Sequence record: MZ291552.2 | DNA from: Escherichia phage vB_EcoM-UFV09 | DNA: 64,000 nucleotides | Strand: one strand, 5' to 3' | In this document: piece after piece, positions 33,685-43,830 of the stretch | How positions within the stretch are numbered: position 1 is the first letter of the stretch | How the letters are laid out: each line of letters opens with the position of its first letter | Made by a program: the position numbers and the translations under genes | Notes under the pieces: generated by a model | The model's database searches: none | Told to the model about the DNA's origin: nothing | Seen by the model: the letters and a program-made list of their open reading frames with translations, nothing else

Positions 33685-34863
33685 TTAAAAATATTTTTTA
33701 AAACTCATCATAACTTTATCATCAACATCATTATCAATCTGTGCAACAAGATAAGATGACAGTTCTACTTCTTGCGGCGCGGATTGAACATTATCAGAAT
33801 TAAGGTATTCACGAATCCAAGGATATGGATGTTTAACCGGAGCATCGGTAATTGGGCATGGAAGACCGCACTGTTTCATACGAGATACAGTTAAGTAATC
33901 AATAAAACTCCACATGCTATTTGTATTTAATCCAGGAACATCGCCATCTTTAAATAAATGAACTGCCCAATCTTTTTCTTGGCGGTTAACTTCCATGAAA
34001 ATATCAACTGCTTCTTGTTCACACTCTTGAGCAATTTTAACCCATTCATCGCCATCAGTGCCAAGTTGAAGTTGACGAATAATATATTGGGTGCCTTTAA
34101 GGTGAAGCTGCTCATCACGTGCAATGAACTTCATAATCTTGGCATTACCTTCCATGATTTCCATGTTTTTATGGAAGTTAAAGGTACATGCGAAAGATAC
34201 ATAAAAACGAATAGCTTCCAATGCGTTGATTACATGAAGGCAAAGATAAAGAGATTTCATTAGCTCACGCTTCCAATATGTCTCATGCTCAATAGCATCT
34301 TCAATAACGTCTTCGTCTGCATTAATTTCTTTTTGGTATTCGATATCAGCTTTAGCATTTTCCCAATAACGAGTTTTAGTCAGAACATCATCATAATAGC
34401 GTCCAATAGATTCGGCTCGTTTCATGATTGCTTCATCTAATACAATCTCATCAAATACCTTTGACGGATCAGTATAAAGATTTCGCATGATATGTGTATA
34501 TGAACGACTGTGAATAGTTTCACTAAAAGTCCATGTAGCAACCCATGTATCAAGGCTAGGGTCTGAAATTAATGACATAAGTACAGCAGATGGCGCACGA
34601 CCCTGAATGCTATCCAAAAGTGATTGATACTTCAAGTTATTAGTAAAAATATTCTGCTGATACTGAGGAAGCTTATTAAACTGTGCAGCATCCATCATTA
34701 AGTTTACTTCTTCGGGACGCCAGAAAAATGATAAGGACTTCTCTGTAAGTTCTTCAAATACTCGATGCCGTTGAATATCATAACGCGCAATACCAAGACC
34801 TGAACCAAAAAACATAGGTTCTTTTAAAACATCAACTGGATTTGTATTAAAAACTGTGCTCAT
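33685..34863 (-). CDS. nrdB: Ribonucleotide reductase small subunit, uninterrupted (no intron)
   Basis: Continuous 392-aa ORF with R2-type residues. Confidence 0.93.
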   Translation of the reverse strand: MSTVFNTNPVDVLKEPMFFGSGLGIARYDIQRHRVFEELTEKSLSFFWRPEEVNLMMDAAQFNKLPQYQQNIFTNNLKYQSLLDSIQGRAPSAVLMSLISDPSLDTWVATWTFSETIHSRSYTHIMRNLYTDPSKVFDEIVLDEAIMKRAESIGRYYDDVLTKTRYWENAKADIEYQKEINADEDVIEDAIEHETYWKRELMKSLYLCLHVINALEAIRFYVSFACTFNFHKNMEIMEGNAKIMKFIARDEQLHLKGTQYIIRQLQLGTDGDEWVKIAQECEQEAVDIFMEVNRQEKDWAVHLFKDGDVPGLNTNSMWSFIDYLTVSRMKQCGLPCPITDAPVKHPYPWIREYLNSDNVQSAPQEVELSSYLVAQIDNDVDDKVMMSFKKYF

Positions 34864-34914
34864 AAATTTTCCACTTAGTTAATAGTTGGTGACTCGTCCG
34901 TGAGTCAAATTATA

Positions 34915-37179
34915 TCATAATTTACAGGATGAACAATCTTCAGCTTTAGGAGTTTCTATTTCATAATCATCAGTACCAGAACCATCACGGGTATTATGAT
35001 AATAGAAATTTTTAATGCCATAATACCATCCGTATAGCATGTCATCAATCATTATTGACATTGGAACCTTTCCTTTTGGAAAAATCTGTGGGTCATAATA
35101 TGTATTCGCTGAAGCTGATTGACATACCCATTTCAGCATAATAGCTACCTGCGTAAGATAAGGTTTATTACCTTTCTTAGCTAATTTCCATGTATAATCA
35201 TAGAGGTCTATGTTATGCTCAATATTGGGCACGACTTGATTAAAGGAACCCTCTTTTGATTCTTTAACAGAGACTGGTCCACGTGGAGGCTCGATACCGT
35301 TTGTACTGTTAGAAACTTGGGAAGATGACTCACATGGCATAAGTGCTGATAATGTGCTATTACGGATGCCAAAGAGCTTAAGGTCTTCCCGCAGCGACGA
35401 CCAGTCACAAACGTATTTTGGAGCTGCGATTTGGTCAATCTTTTTATTGTACCAGTCGATAGGTAATTCGCCTCGAGACCAACGAGTGTCTGAATAATAT
35501 TCACAAGGTCCTTTTTCTTTGGCGAGCTTAATGGATGCTTTAATGAGTCCATACTGTAATCTCTCAAATAGTTCATGTGTTAAATCGTTAGCATCTTCAT
35601 AAGAAGCAAAGTTACTTGCCAGCCAAGCTGCATAGTTAGTAACACCTACACCGAGGTTACGACGCTTTTTAGCTTTTTCTGCTTCAGGAACTGGATATCC
35701 TTGGTAATCCAAAAGATTATCAAGAGCACGAACTTGGACTTCTGCCAATTCATTAATTTTATCTTGGTCTTGCCAATCGAAGTTATCCAGCACAAATGCA
35801 GATAACGTGCACAATCCAATTTCAGCATCAGGACTATTCACATCATTTGTTGGAATAGCAATTTCACAACACAAGTTACTCTGACGAATAGGTGCCTTTT
35901 CACGAATAAACGGAGTATAGTTATTCGTATTATCAATGAACTGTACATAAATCCTTGCTGTTCCTGAACGTTCAGTCATGAGCAATTCAAATAGTTCACG
36001 GGCTTTAATACGCTTTTTACGAATATTAGGGTCTTTTTCTGCTGCTTCGTATAATTCACGGAAACGGTCTTGGTCTTTAAAATAAGAATAATAAAGCTCT
36101 CCACCCATTTCATGCGGACTGAACAAAGTAATGTAATCGTTCTTTCCAAAACGTTCCATCATCAAATCATTCAGCTGGACGCCATAATCCATATGACGGA
36201 TACGGTTTTCTTCTACACCTTTGTTATTTTTCAAAACGAGAAGATTTTCAACTTCCAAATGCCAAATAGGATAATAAGCAGTAGCAGCGCCGCCCCGAAT
36301 TCCACCTTGTGAGCATGATTTAACAGCAGTCTGAAAATGTTTCCAAAAAGGAATAACACCAGTATGGCGTACTTCACCCATGCCAATCTTAGAACCTTCG
36401 GCACGAATCATACCAACGTTAATACCAATTCCAGCACGTTTGGAGATATATTCAACAATTGAAGCGGAAGCCTTATTGATAGACTTTAATGAATCACCTG
36501 CCTCAATAACAACACATGAACTAAACTGTCGAGTCGGAGTACGACAACCAGCCATAATAGGAGTTGGTAATGAAATCTGTCGAGTAGATACTGCTTCATA
36601 AAAATGAATAACATGTTTTAATCTATCAACAGGTTCATCTTGATGCAATGCCATTCCAATAGTCATAAATGCAAACTGAGGAGTTTCATAAATTTGACCA
36701 GTGGTTTTATCTTTAACTAGATATTTTTCTTTTAATTGCATCGCCCCGGAATAAGTAAATTCCATATCCCGCTCGTGCTTAATTTTTGATTCTAAAAATG
36801 TAATTTCTTCTGCTGAATATTTTGACAATAATTCAGGGTCATATTTACCTGCATTTACACAATAAGAAATATGGTCAATAAATGAACGCGGTTCATACTG
36901 CCCATAAACATGCTTACGAAGAGCGAACATTAGACAACGTGCAGCTACATATTGATAATCAGGCTCTTCAACCGAAATAGAATTCGCAGCGGCCTTAATG
37001 ACAATAGTCTGAATATCATCAGTTGTCATTCCATCACGGAGATAAGATTTAATATTTTCATATAATTCATAAGGATCGACTGATGTTCCTTCAGCTGCCC
37101 AAGATAAAACTTTAATAATTTTTTGTGGGTCAAAGCTCTGAGAAACACCACTACTTTTGATAACATTAATTAATTGCAT
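34915..37179 (-). CDS. nrdA: Ribonucleotide reductase large subunit
   Basis: 754-aa ORF with class Ia RNR motifs. Confidence 0.95.
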   Translation of the reverse strand: MQLINVIKSSGVSQSFDPQKIIKVLSWAAEGTSVDPYELYENIKSYLRDGMTTDDIQTIVIKAAANSISVEEPDYQYVAARCLMFALRKHVYGQYEPRSFIDHISYCVNAGKYDPELLSKYSAEEITFLESKIKHERDMEFTYSGAMQLKEKYLVKDKTTGQIYETPQFAFMTIGMALHQDEPVDRLKHVIHFYEAVSTRQISLPTPIMAGCRTPTRQFSSCVVIEAGDSLKSINKASASIVEYISKRAGIGINVGMIRAEGSKIGMGEVRHTGVIPFWKHFQTAVKSCSQGGIRGGAATAYYPIWHLEVENLLVLKNNKGVEENRIRHMDYGVQLNDLMMERFGKNDYITLFSPHEMGGELYYSYFKDQDRFRELYEAAEKDPNIRKKRIKARELFELLMTERSGTARIYVQFIDNTNNYTPFIREKAPIRQSNLCCEIAIPTNDVNSPDAEIGLCTLSAFVLDNFDWQDQDKINELAEVQVRALDNLLDYQGYPVPEAEKAKKRRNLGVGVTNYAAWLASNFASYEDANDLTHELFERLQYGLIKASIKLAKEKGPCEYYSDTRWSRGELPIDWYNKKIDQIAAPKYVCDWSSLREDLKLFGIRNSTLSALMPCESSSQVSNSTNGIEPPRGPVSVKESKEGSFNQVVPNIEHNIDLYDYTWKLAKKGNKPYLTQVAIMLKWVCQSASANTYYDPQIFPKGKVPMSIMIDDMLYGWYYGIKNFYYHNTRDGSGTDDYEIETPKAEDCSSCKL

Positions 37180-37496
37180 AAGTCCTCAACTTGAAAATCG
37201 TCTTTAAACAATCGGTTAACTATATGAGCTATTATATCACCATGACACGGCTTTGGTTTACATGTGCATCCTAGCCTCATTCCACGTAAAGGCTCTAAAT
37301 GTGCTTTAGTTATTTCTCCGGATTTAATTCGACGTATAAAATCTTTTTTGAATAATTCAATGGCAGCCTCCCGGCTGCCAGCATCTTTACCGACGTAATT
37401 TCCCCAAAATGTACCACGGTGAATATTAACATCAAAGTCGGATTTATATTTATTCACTACCCGGCATAGACGGCCCGCGCGGTTGTAGGTGTTCAT
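37170..37496 (-). CDS. nrdA.1: Hypothetical protein nrdA.1 (CxC...CHGD motif)
   Basis: 108-aa ORF; start overlaps the nrdA.2 3' end by 47 nt. Confidence 0.6.
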   Translation of the reverse strand: MNTYNRAGRLCRVVNKYKSDFDVNIHRGTFWGNYVGKDAGSREAAIELFKKDFIRRIKSGEITKAHLEPLRGMRLGCTCKPKPCHGDIIAHIVNRLFKDDFQVEDLCN

Positions 37497-37713
37497 ATTG
37501 TTCTTCCGTTAAAACAGTAATATCGTAGTAACAGTCAGAAGAAGTTTTAACTGTGGAAATTTTATTATCAAAATACTCACGAGTCATTTTATGAGTATAA
37601 TATTTTTTGCCATAAATGATAATAGGCTGATTTGGTCCTGGAACTTCTAACTCACTTGGATTAGGAAGTGTAAAAAGAACGGCACCAGAAGTATCTTTAA
37701 ATCGTAAAATCAT
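37450..37713 (-). CDS. nrdA.2: Hypothetical protein nrdA.2
   Basis: Internal ATG chosen; track ORF extends to 37725. Confidence 0.55.
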   Translation of the reverse strand: MILRFKDTSGAVLFTLPNPSELEVPGPNQPIIIYGKKYYTHKMTREYFDNKISTVKTSSDCYYDITVLTEEQYEHLQPRGPSMPGSE

Positions 37714-37736
37714 ATATCCTCTCAATTAAATTAAAA

Positions 37737-38597
37737 TTATACCGCCATCTTTCCTTTAATTGACGGATGAGATACATAGTTATTAAGAACAAAATTATGA
37801 GGCTTTGCAAATTGACTCAACCAAAATACCTGCGATTCTGTGTCCCATTCATCAAATTCATCTGGAAATTTTAATTGTAATTCGCATAAATCCATAGGTT
37901 CACGGCGTAAAATTTCTTTACATTGTTCTACGTGATTCATATAGATATGAGTATTACCACCAGAAAATATCAAATCTCCAGGAATAAGATTACACATTTT
38001 AGCTACAATATGAACTAACGTAGCATATGATGCAATATTAAATGGAAGACCGAGGAAAACATCTACCGAACGTTGATACCACTGCAAATCCAAATAGCCA
38101 TTACGCACATTAAACTGATAGAACATATGACAAGGCGGTAATGCCATATATTTAAGTTCAGCTGGATTCCATGCAGAAACAATTTGACGCCTATCATTTG
38201 GCAGTTTTTTAATACGATCAATAACTTCTATAATTTGGTCTACACCGCCAAAATCACGCCACTGTTTTCCATAAATTGGACCAAGTTCACCACTATGGTA
38301 TCCTAAATCTTTTGCTTGATTTTCGTAATTTTCATCCCAGACTGTTTTGCCTTGAATTAATGAATCATGTTGAATTAATCGTAAATCATTGACATTTGTG
38401 CTTCCTGATAAAAACCATATTAGCTCAGCAATGCATGCATTCCAGGCGAGCTTTTTAGTTGTTACTGCAGGAAAGCCTTTAGTTAAATCCCAACGCAATT
38501 TAGTACCGAACAGAGCAATTGTTCCTGTGCCCGTTCGGTCATCGGTTTCATAGCCATTTTCAAAAATGTCTTTAATTAAATCTTGGTATTGTTTCAT
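37737..38597 (-). CDS. td: Thymidylate synthase, uninterrupted (no intron)
   Basis: Continuous 286-aa ORF with the TS active-site region (ALPPCH). Confidence 0.95.
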   Translation of the reverse strand: MKQYQDLIKDIFENGYETDDRTGTGTIALFGTKLRWDLTKGFPAVTTKKLAWNACIAELIWFLSGSTNVNDLRLIQHDSLIQGKTVWDENYENQAKDLGYHSGELGPIYGKQWRDFGGVDQIIEVIDRIKKLPNDRRQIVSAWNPAELKYMALPPCHMFYQFNVRNGYLDLQWYQRSVDVFLGLPFNIASYATLVHIVAKMCNLIPGDLIFSGGNTHIYMNHVEQCKEILRREPMDLCELQLKFPDEFDEWDTESQVFWLSQFAKPHNFVLNNYVSHPSIKGKMAV

Positions 38598-38642
38598 TTA
38601 GTACCTTATATAAATTATAATACATTTTATGAAGCTAAATAA

Positions 38643-38990
38643 TCAATACGGTTTAGCATCAAATTTTCTCTCAATTTCAGGCGTGAAATATAATTCTTTA
38701 CCGCGTTTGGAAAAGCGACCAATAATATGATAATTATTCTCATCAAACGTGATATTACCAATATCCATAGCTTTCAACCAAATATCGATATTTCTATCCA
38801 GCTTTATGTCAAAATTCCAATATGGAGAACTATTACCGAAAATACTGCAAGCGGATTCAGTGAAACAACTGCTATAAATCTTGTCTTTAGGAACTACTAA
38901 TTGATAGACACCTTTAATAAACTGAGGACCCTGCCACTTTGGCTGTTTCTCGTCTTTTTCTAATAGAATAGGGTAATAATTAAAATTCAT
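38643..38990 (-). CDS. Hypothetical protein (115 aa) between frd and td
   Basis: ORF filling a 413-bp gap between frd stop and td start; no recognisable motif. Confidence 0.6.
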   Translation of the reverse strand: MNFNYYPILLEKDEKQPKWQGPQFIKGVYQLVVPKDKIYSSCFTESACSIFGNSSPYWNFDIKLDRNIDIWLKAMDIGNITFDENNYHIIGRFSKRGKELYFTPEIERKFDAKPY

Positions 38991-39009
38991 ATTTCCGCCA
39001 CGCGTTATT

Positions 39010-39835
<826 letters not shown>

Positions 39836-39839
<4 letters not shown>

Positions 39840-40195
39840 ATTACCTCCCATTGAAAAGAGTCATGAGCATATCCGCTAGCGTCAATCATTTTAACTAAAG
39901 TTACCATTCCTCTGTTAACTGCTTGTGCGATTTCATCAAAAACTTCATCACTATCATCGTAAAGATCATTAAAAAGTTCTAACACGTTCTTCTGAACTTT
40001 TAATTTACGGCCGACAATTTCCCCTACAGTAAATTCGTTTCCGCCAAATCCAGCGTAAAATGTAATTACACCCATTAACTGGCTTTCACGGGAATCTATG
40101 TCGTGTGATAAATTAATAAAAGCCGTCCCAGGCGCGGTTTTAAGTTGGCAACGAATTTTTACTTGGGTAATTCCAGTTATATGAATGTTAGACAT
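39836..40195 (-). CDS. frd.2: Hypothetical protein frd.2
   Basis: 119-aa ORF. Confidence 0.65.
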
Positions 40196-40205
40196 AATAT
40201 TTTCC

Positions 40206-40448
40206 TCAGACAGACTTTTTCACAATTTTCCAATCAGCTTTAAACTGATCAACATCAGAATGATAAATCCAGAATCCTGCGCTTTCTCCATCTTCATAAA
40301 GAGGACATCCATCGCATTCATCTTCCCATCCCATATCACGTAAAAGATGTTCAGCTTTTTCAATGAGTTCAGAATCTTTACCGATGATATTAAAATACCA
40401 TTTACCTCTAACTTCCGAATCTTTGATGCTCTGGCGTTGTAATCTCAT
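40206..40448 (-). CDS. frd.3: Hypothetical protein frd.3
   Basis: 80-aa ORF with early promoter immediately upstream. Confidence 0.65.
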   Translation of the reverse strand: MRLQRQSIKDSEVRGKWYFNIIGKDSELIEKAEHLLRDMGWEDECDGCPLYEDGESAGFWIYHSDVDQFKADWKIVKKSV

Positions 40449-40469
40449 TTTATTCTCCTCAGTAGTTGA

Positions 40470-40508
40470 TAGGGTAATAGTATCACACTACTACCCTGTT
40501 GTAAACAA
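40470..40508 (-). promoter_or_regulatory. Early promoter for frd.3
   Basis: Minus strand GTTTACAA, 18 nt, TACTAT. Confidence 0.5.
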
Positions 40509-40769
40509 TTATTTTTGAATTTTATCTAGCCACTTACCAAGCTTAATCATTTCTTTAGTAGCCTTTTCCATACTTCTGAACTTAACCAATAGAGGATAGG
40601 TATCGACACTCATAACTAAATTGGTTGCAAGACTGTGTTCACCCACAAGCCATAACGAATACGTTTGAATATCGAGTCCGTAATTTCTGTCTTTATGGAC
40701 CCGTACACCCATCACTTCAAATTTCTCACTAGCTTTTTCTACCGCATCCAGGAAATCATCTTTAGTCAT
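40509..40769 (-). CDS. Hypothetical protein (about 86 aa)
   Basis: Start set at internal ATG with AAGG Shine-Dalgarno; track ORF 40509..40811. Confidence 0.55.
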   Translation of the reverse strand: MTKDDFLDAVEKASEKFEVMGVRVHKDRNYGLDIQTYSLWLVGEHSLATNLVMSVDTYPLLVKFRSMEKATKEMIKLGKWLDKIQK

Positions 40770-40770
40770 A

Positions 40771-41157
40771 TTAGGCCTTAAAAGTTTTTCGCAAAAGTTC
40801 AATGATTTCATCTACATTGTTTTCGTCAACAATACAGTGAATTTTTGTTACGCCAGAAACTATACCTTCATTAGCGGATTGAGGCTTTTCTAAAGTTACC
40901 TCAGTAAAGTATTTGAATTCTTCAGGGTAAATCTCAAAATACGTCTCAAGTGGGCCACCCGCCATGTATTCAGTGCCATCTTCCATAGTTACACGTACCA
41001 CACATTCACCAGTACAATCATCACTTTCCATTTCATCTACAACAAAACTAGGTCCGTGCTTCTCTATTAAATTTAGCATCATTACATTGCAACGGCACTC
41101 GTTAGCAAAGTCATTTTTAAATAAAGGGTTAATGATATAAGTTTTTCCAACTTCCAT
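40771..41157 (-). CDS. Hypothetical acidic protein (128 aa)
   Basis: ORF in the frd-32 interval. Confidence 0.65.
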   Translation of the reverse strand: MEVGKTYIINPLFKNDFANECRCNVMMLNLIEKHGPSFVVDEMESDDCTGECVVRVTMEDGTEYMAGGPLETYFEIYPEEFKYFTEVTLEKPQSANEGIVSGVTKIHCIVDENNVDEIIELLRKTFKA

Positions 41158-41202
41158 TTTGATTTCCTCATTTTAACGGGGCTATTATAGCCCCCTTGAT
41201 AA

Positions 41203-41433
41203 TTATTGTTCAATCAATCCCATGTAAAATTCTGCGTCTTCAGAATCCATACCATCACAATATTCATTAGCCATAAAGCGGGTGAGGTCTTCAAGAGGAC
41301 CTTCAATGACAATAGAAAAATTGCAATAATTGGGATCATCATGAATACTTGTGATACTAAGTTCAGGATAACGATTACGAATAGTCTCTTCAATATATTC
41401 AAAATCAACGATGTCAATATCAACTTTAGCCAT
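41203..41433 (-). CDS. Hypothetical acidic protein (about 76 aa)
   Basis: Start set at ATG with AAAGAGGA Shine-Dalgarno downstream of an early promoter; track ORF 41203..41496 begins inside the promoter. Confidence 0.6.
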   Translation of the reverse strand: MAKVDIDIVDFEYIEETIRNRYPELSITSIHDDPNYCNFSIVIEGPLEDLTRFMANEYCDGMDSEDAEFYMGLIEQ

Positions 41434-41469
41434 ATTATTTTCCTCTTTAATCATCAGCAGTATTGCCGA

Positions 41470-41510
41470 TAGTTGTATAGTACCATGGAAGGACAAGGAT
41501 GTAAACAGTT
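41470..41510 (-). promoter_or_regulatory. Early promoter
   Basis: Minus strand GTTTACAT, 18 nt, TACTAT, with AT-rich upstream element. Confidence 0.5.
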
Positions 41511-41578
41511 TTGTGAAAAATTTTTGAAATAAAAAAAGGGGACCTCTAGGGTCCCCAATTAATTAGTAATATAATCTA

Positions 41579-42487
41579 TTAAAGGTCATTCAAAAGGTCA
41601 TCCAGGTCCGTGTCATCAGCACTAGATGAACTGCCAGAGCTTGAGCTCATAAAATCATCTTCAGTTTTTGTTTTGAAGTCATCAACATTGAATGCATCCA
41701 AATCATCAGCAACTTTATCAGCTTTCTTAGCAGCAGTTGCAGCGGCACCGCCCATCACAGCAGTTCCCATAACTTGACCGAATTTAGTATTCAGTTCTTC
41801 AAACGATTTGAATTTATCTTTAGAAGTCATTTCAGAAAGGTCAACCATTTGTTCGAACAGTTCTTTCTGGAAAGATTCATCGTCAATGTTTGGAATCGCA
41901 GATTGATTCAGGAATTTAGATTCGTCGTAGTTACTAAATCCAGAAACTTGTTTAACTTTCAATACAAAGTTAGCACCTTCCCACGGACAAGTTACATCAA
42001 CCGGAGTTTCACCCATTTCAACATCAACTGCAATCATTGCATTGATTTTATCCCAGATTTTCTTACCGAAACGGTATTTAAATACTTTACCTTCATTTTC
42101 TGGAGCAGCTGGGTCTTTTACTACAAGAATGTTAGCCCAGTAAGAAGTTTTACGTTTAACAAGACCGTACTCTTTATTGTCAGTGTTGTACAAATCATTT
42201 TTACTGATGTACTGACATACTGGACAAGAATCGTAATCACCGTGTGTAGATGAACAGTTTTCAATATACCATTTACCATTTTTCTTGAAACCGTGATTTA
42301 CAAGAATTGCGAATGGTGCTTGTTCATCATTTTTAGACGGAAGAAAACGAATTACTGCTTGACCGTTACCCGCATTGTCGAGTTTCAGTTTCCACTCGCC
42401 TTTATCTTCAGAAGAAAAACCACCTTTATTTCCAGCCAGTTTAGCCATTTGTGCAGCGAGTTCAGCAGTAGATTTACGTTTAAACAT
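41579..42487 (-). CDS. 32: gp32 single-stranded DNA-binding protein
   Basis: 302-aa ORF recognised as T4 gp32 (zinc-binding Cys/His, acidic Ser-rich C-terminus). Confidence 0.97.
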   Translation of the reverse strand: MFKRKSTAELAAQMAKLAGNKGGFSSEDKGEWKLKLDNAGNGQAVIRFLPSKNDEQAPFAILVNHGFKKNGKWYIENCSSTHGDYDSCPVCQYISKNDLYNTDNKEYGLVKRKTSYWANILVVKDPAAPENEGKVFKYRFGKKIWDKINAMIAVDVEMGETPVDVTCPWEGANFVLKVKQVSGFSNYDESKFLNQSAIPNIDDESFQKELFEQMVDLSEMTSKDKFKSFEELNTKFGQVMGTAVMGGAAATAAKKADKVADDLDAFNVDDFKTKTEDDFMSSSSGSSSSADDTDLDDLLNDL

Positions 42488-42586
42488 TTTTATTTCCTTT
42501 TTAATTTAATTAACAGTTGGTGCTATGACGATGTATGACCTCATAGCTGGTCAGTGAGATAATTATAATCTATTTATAATAAGCAA
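42488..42586 (-). promoter_or_regulatory. Gene 32 leader: late promoter (42571..42578) plus A/U-rich translational operator
   Basis: Minus strand TATAAATA, then leader ending AUUAAAUUAAAAAGGAAAUAAAA-AUG. Confidence 0.55.
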
Positions 42587-43240
42587 TTAATACTTGCAAG
42601 ATTTCACAGTTTCAATAAAAACTTTTTTAGCTTCCTGTGAATCAATATTTAAAATTTTTCTATAAGCCTTTAACTTTATAGAATAATTATTCCAGACTAA
42701 ATTATCAGTCTGTTCATCATGTTTATCGATTATATTTAAAAACGAATCAAGCAAGATAAACGTCTCAAACGAAATTATATTCGATTGAAGTAGTTTAAAA
42801 ATATAACTTGACTGAACTTTTGGATTATAATCAAAGATTTCTTTAAAAGCAGAAACTTCAACTTTTTTACTAAAATAATAAATGTTGCGAATATCTTCTT
42901 CAAACTTAAATTTAATTTGCTTTAAGCGTCCGATATATTCACGATAAAACACAAGTGCATCAGCGTCAGAGATGTCACCAATCCAAGCATCCTGGTTAGC
43001 AACCAGATTGCTTATAAAGATTAAAGCAAGTTCCTTTAATTTATATTTTTCTGATAACTTCTGAAAAAAATACTTATCCCTTCGCTTTTGATAAGCGGCA
43101 TCAGACACCCGCATGCACCAATTATACTTAATAACATCATACTTTCCATTCATATGTTGTTTTATCATTAAGTATAATTTATAAACTGATTTACCATCAA
43201 TATATCTTTCACCACCAGCAGGCATGCGGAGTTTAATCAT
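42587..43240 (-). CDS. 59: gp59 helicase loader
   Basis: 217-aa ORF at the T4 gene 59 position. Confidence 0.9.
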   Translation of the reverse strand: MIKLRMPAGGERYIDGKSVYKLYLMIKQHMNGKYDVIKYNWCMRVSDAAYQKRRDKYFFQKLSEKYKLKELALIFISNLVANQDAWIGDISDADALVFYREYIGRLKQIKFKFEEDIRNIYYFSKKVEVSAFKEIFDYNPKVQSSYIFKLLQSNIISFETFILLDSFLNIIDKHDEQTDNLVWNNYSIKLKAYRKILNIDSQEAKKVFIETVKSCKY

Positions 43241-43575
43241 AGCAGAAAGTCTAACGTATTTGTTTTTTCACAACGAACAACAGAAGGACGTAAAAGATTT
43301 TCGTCAATAGCTTCTGACTGAATTTTTTCAATTATACCCGAAGGAATAAATTTAGCAAATTGAGTTTCAGGAATAGAGTTTTCTTCCAAGAATGCTGTCG
43401 TAGCTTCAAGATAACTCATTCCAAACTCTTCTACCATTTTTTCAATAATAAATCCATTTTCTTGACGATCAAGAAGCTTTGCTATTTCATCCTTTTCTTT
43501 CTTAATTGAAAGTTCTTTTTCTGAAAGACCGGTCTCATCGACCGGACGAATATCATTTAGAGAAAACTGTGTCAT
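43237..43575 (-). CDS. 33: gp33 late-transcription co-activator
   Basis: Internal ATG gives 112 aa (the T4 gp33 size I recall); track ORF extends to 43584. Confidence 0.85.
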   Translation of the reverse strand: MTQFSLNDIRPVDETGLSEKELSIKKEKDEIAKLLDRQENGFIIEKMVEEFGMSYLEATTAFLEENSIPETQFAKFIPSGIIEKIQSEAIDENLLRPSVVRCEKTNTLDFLL

Positions 43576-43822
43576 AAAGTTCAACTACCTCTTCGGTTTC
43601 AGCTTCAAACACATCACGGTTATCTTTATGATACAAAGCTAATAGACGATTAAACATCTTACCATCAACGCCAAGTTCATCTTTGGCACGAATTCGAATA
43701 TCTTTAATCAGTTCATTATAACCGGAAATTTTCAGTTTATGATCAGATGCTTCTTTGATAAATTTAGCCAAGTCTTCGCCATGGATAGCTTCATCAAATT
43801 CAACCATTTCTTTTTTAGCCAT
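43553..43822 (-). CDS. dsbA: DsbA, dsDNA-binding late transcription enhancer
   Basis: 89-aa ORF at the T4 dsbA position. Confidence 0.8.
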   Translation of the reverse strand: MAKKEMVEFDEAIHGEDLAKFIKEASDHKLKISGYNELIKDIRIRAKDELGVDGKMFNRLLALYHKDNRDVFEAETEEVVELYDTVFSK

Positions 43823-43830
43823 TATTCACC

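Noticed and set aside
33685-38597. Looked for group I introns with intron-encoded endonuclease ORFs in td and nrdB
   Set aside because: Both genes translate as single continuous ORFs of full length and no intron-sized insertion is present.
41774-42253. 159-aa plus-strand ORF
   Set aside because: Lies entirely antisense within gene 32 with no promoter or Shine-Dalgarno; looks like a spurious antisense frame of an AT-rich coding region.
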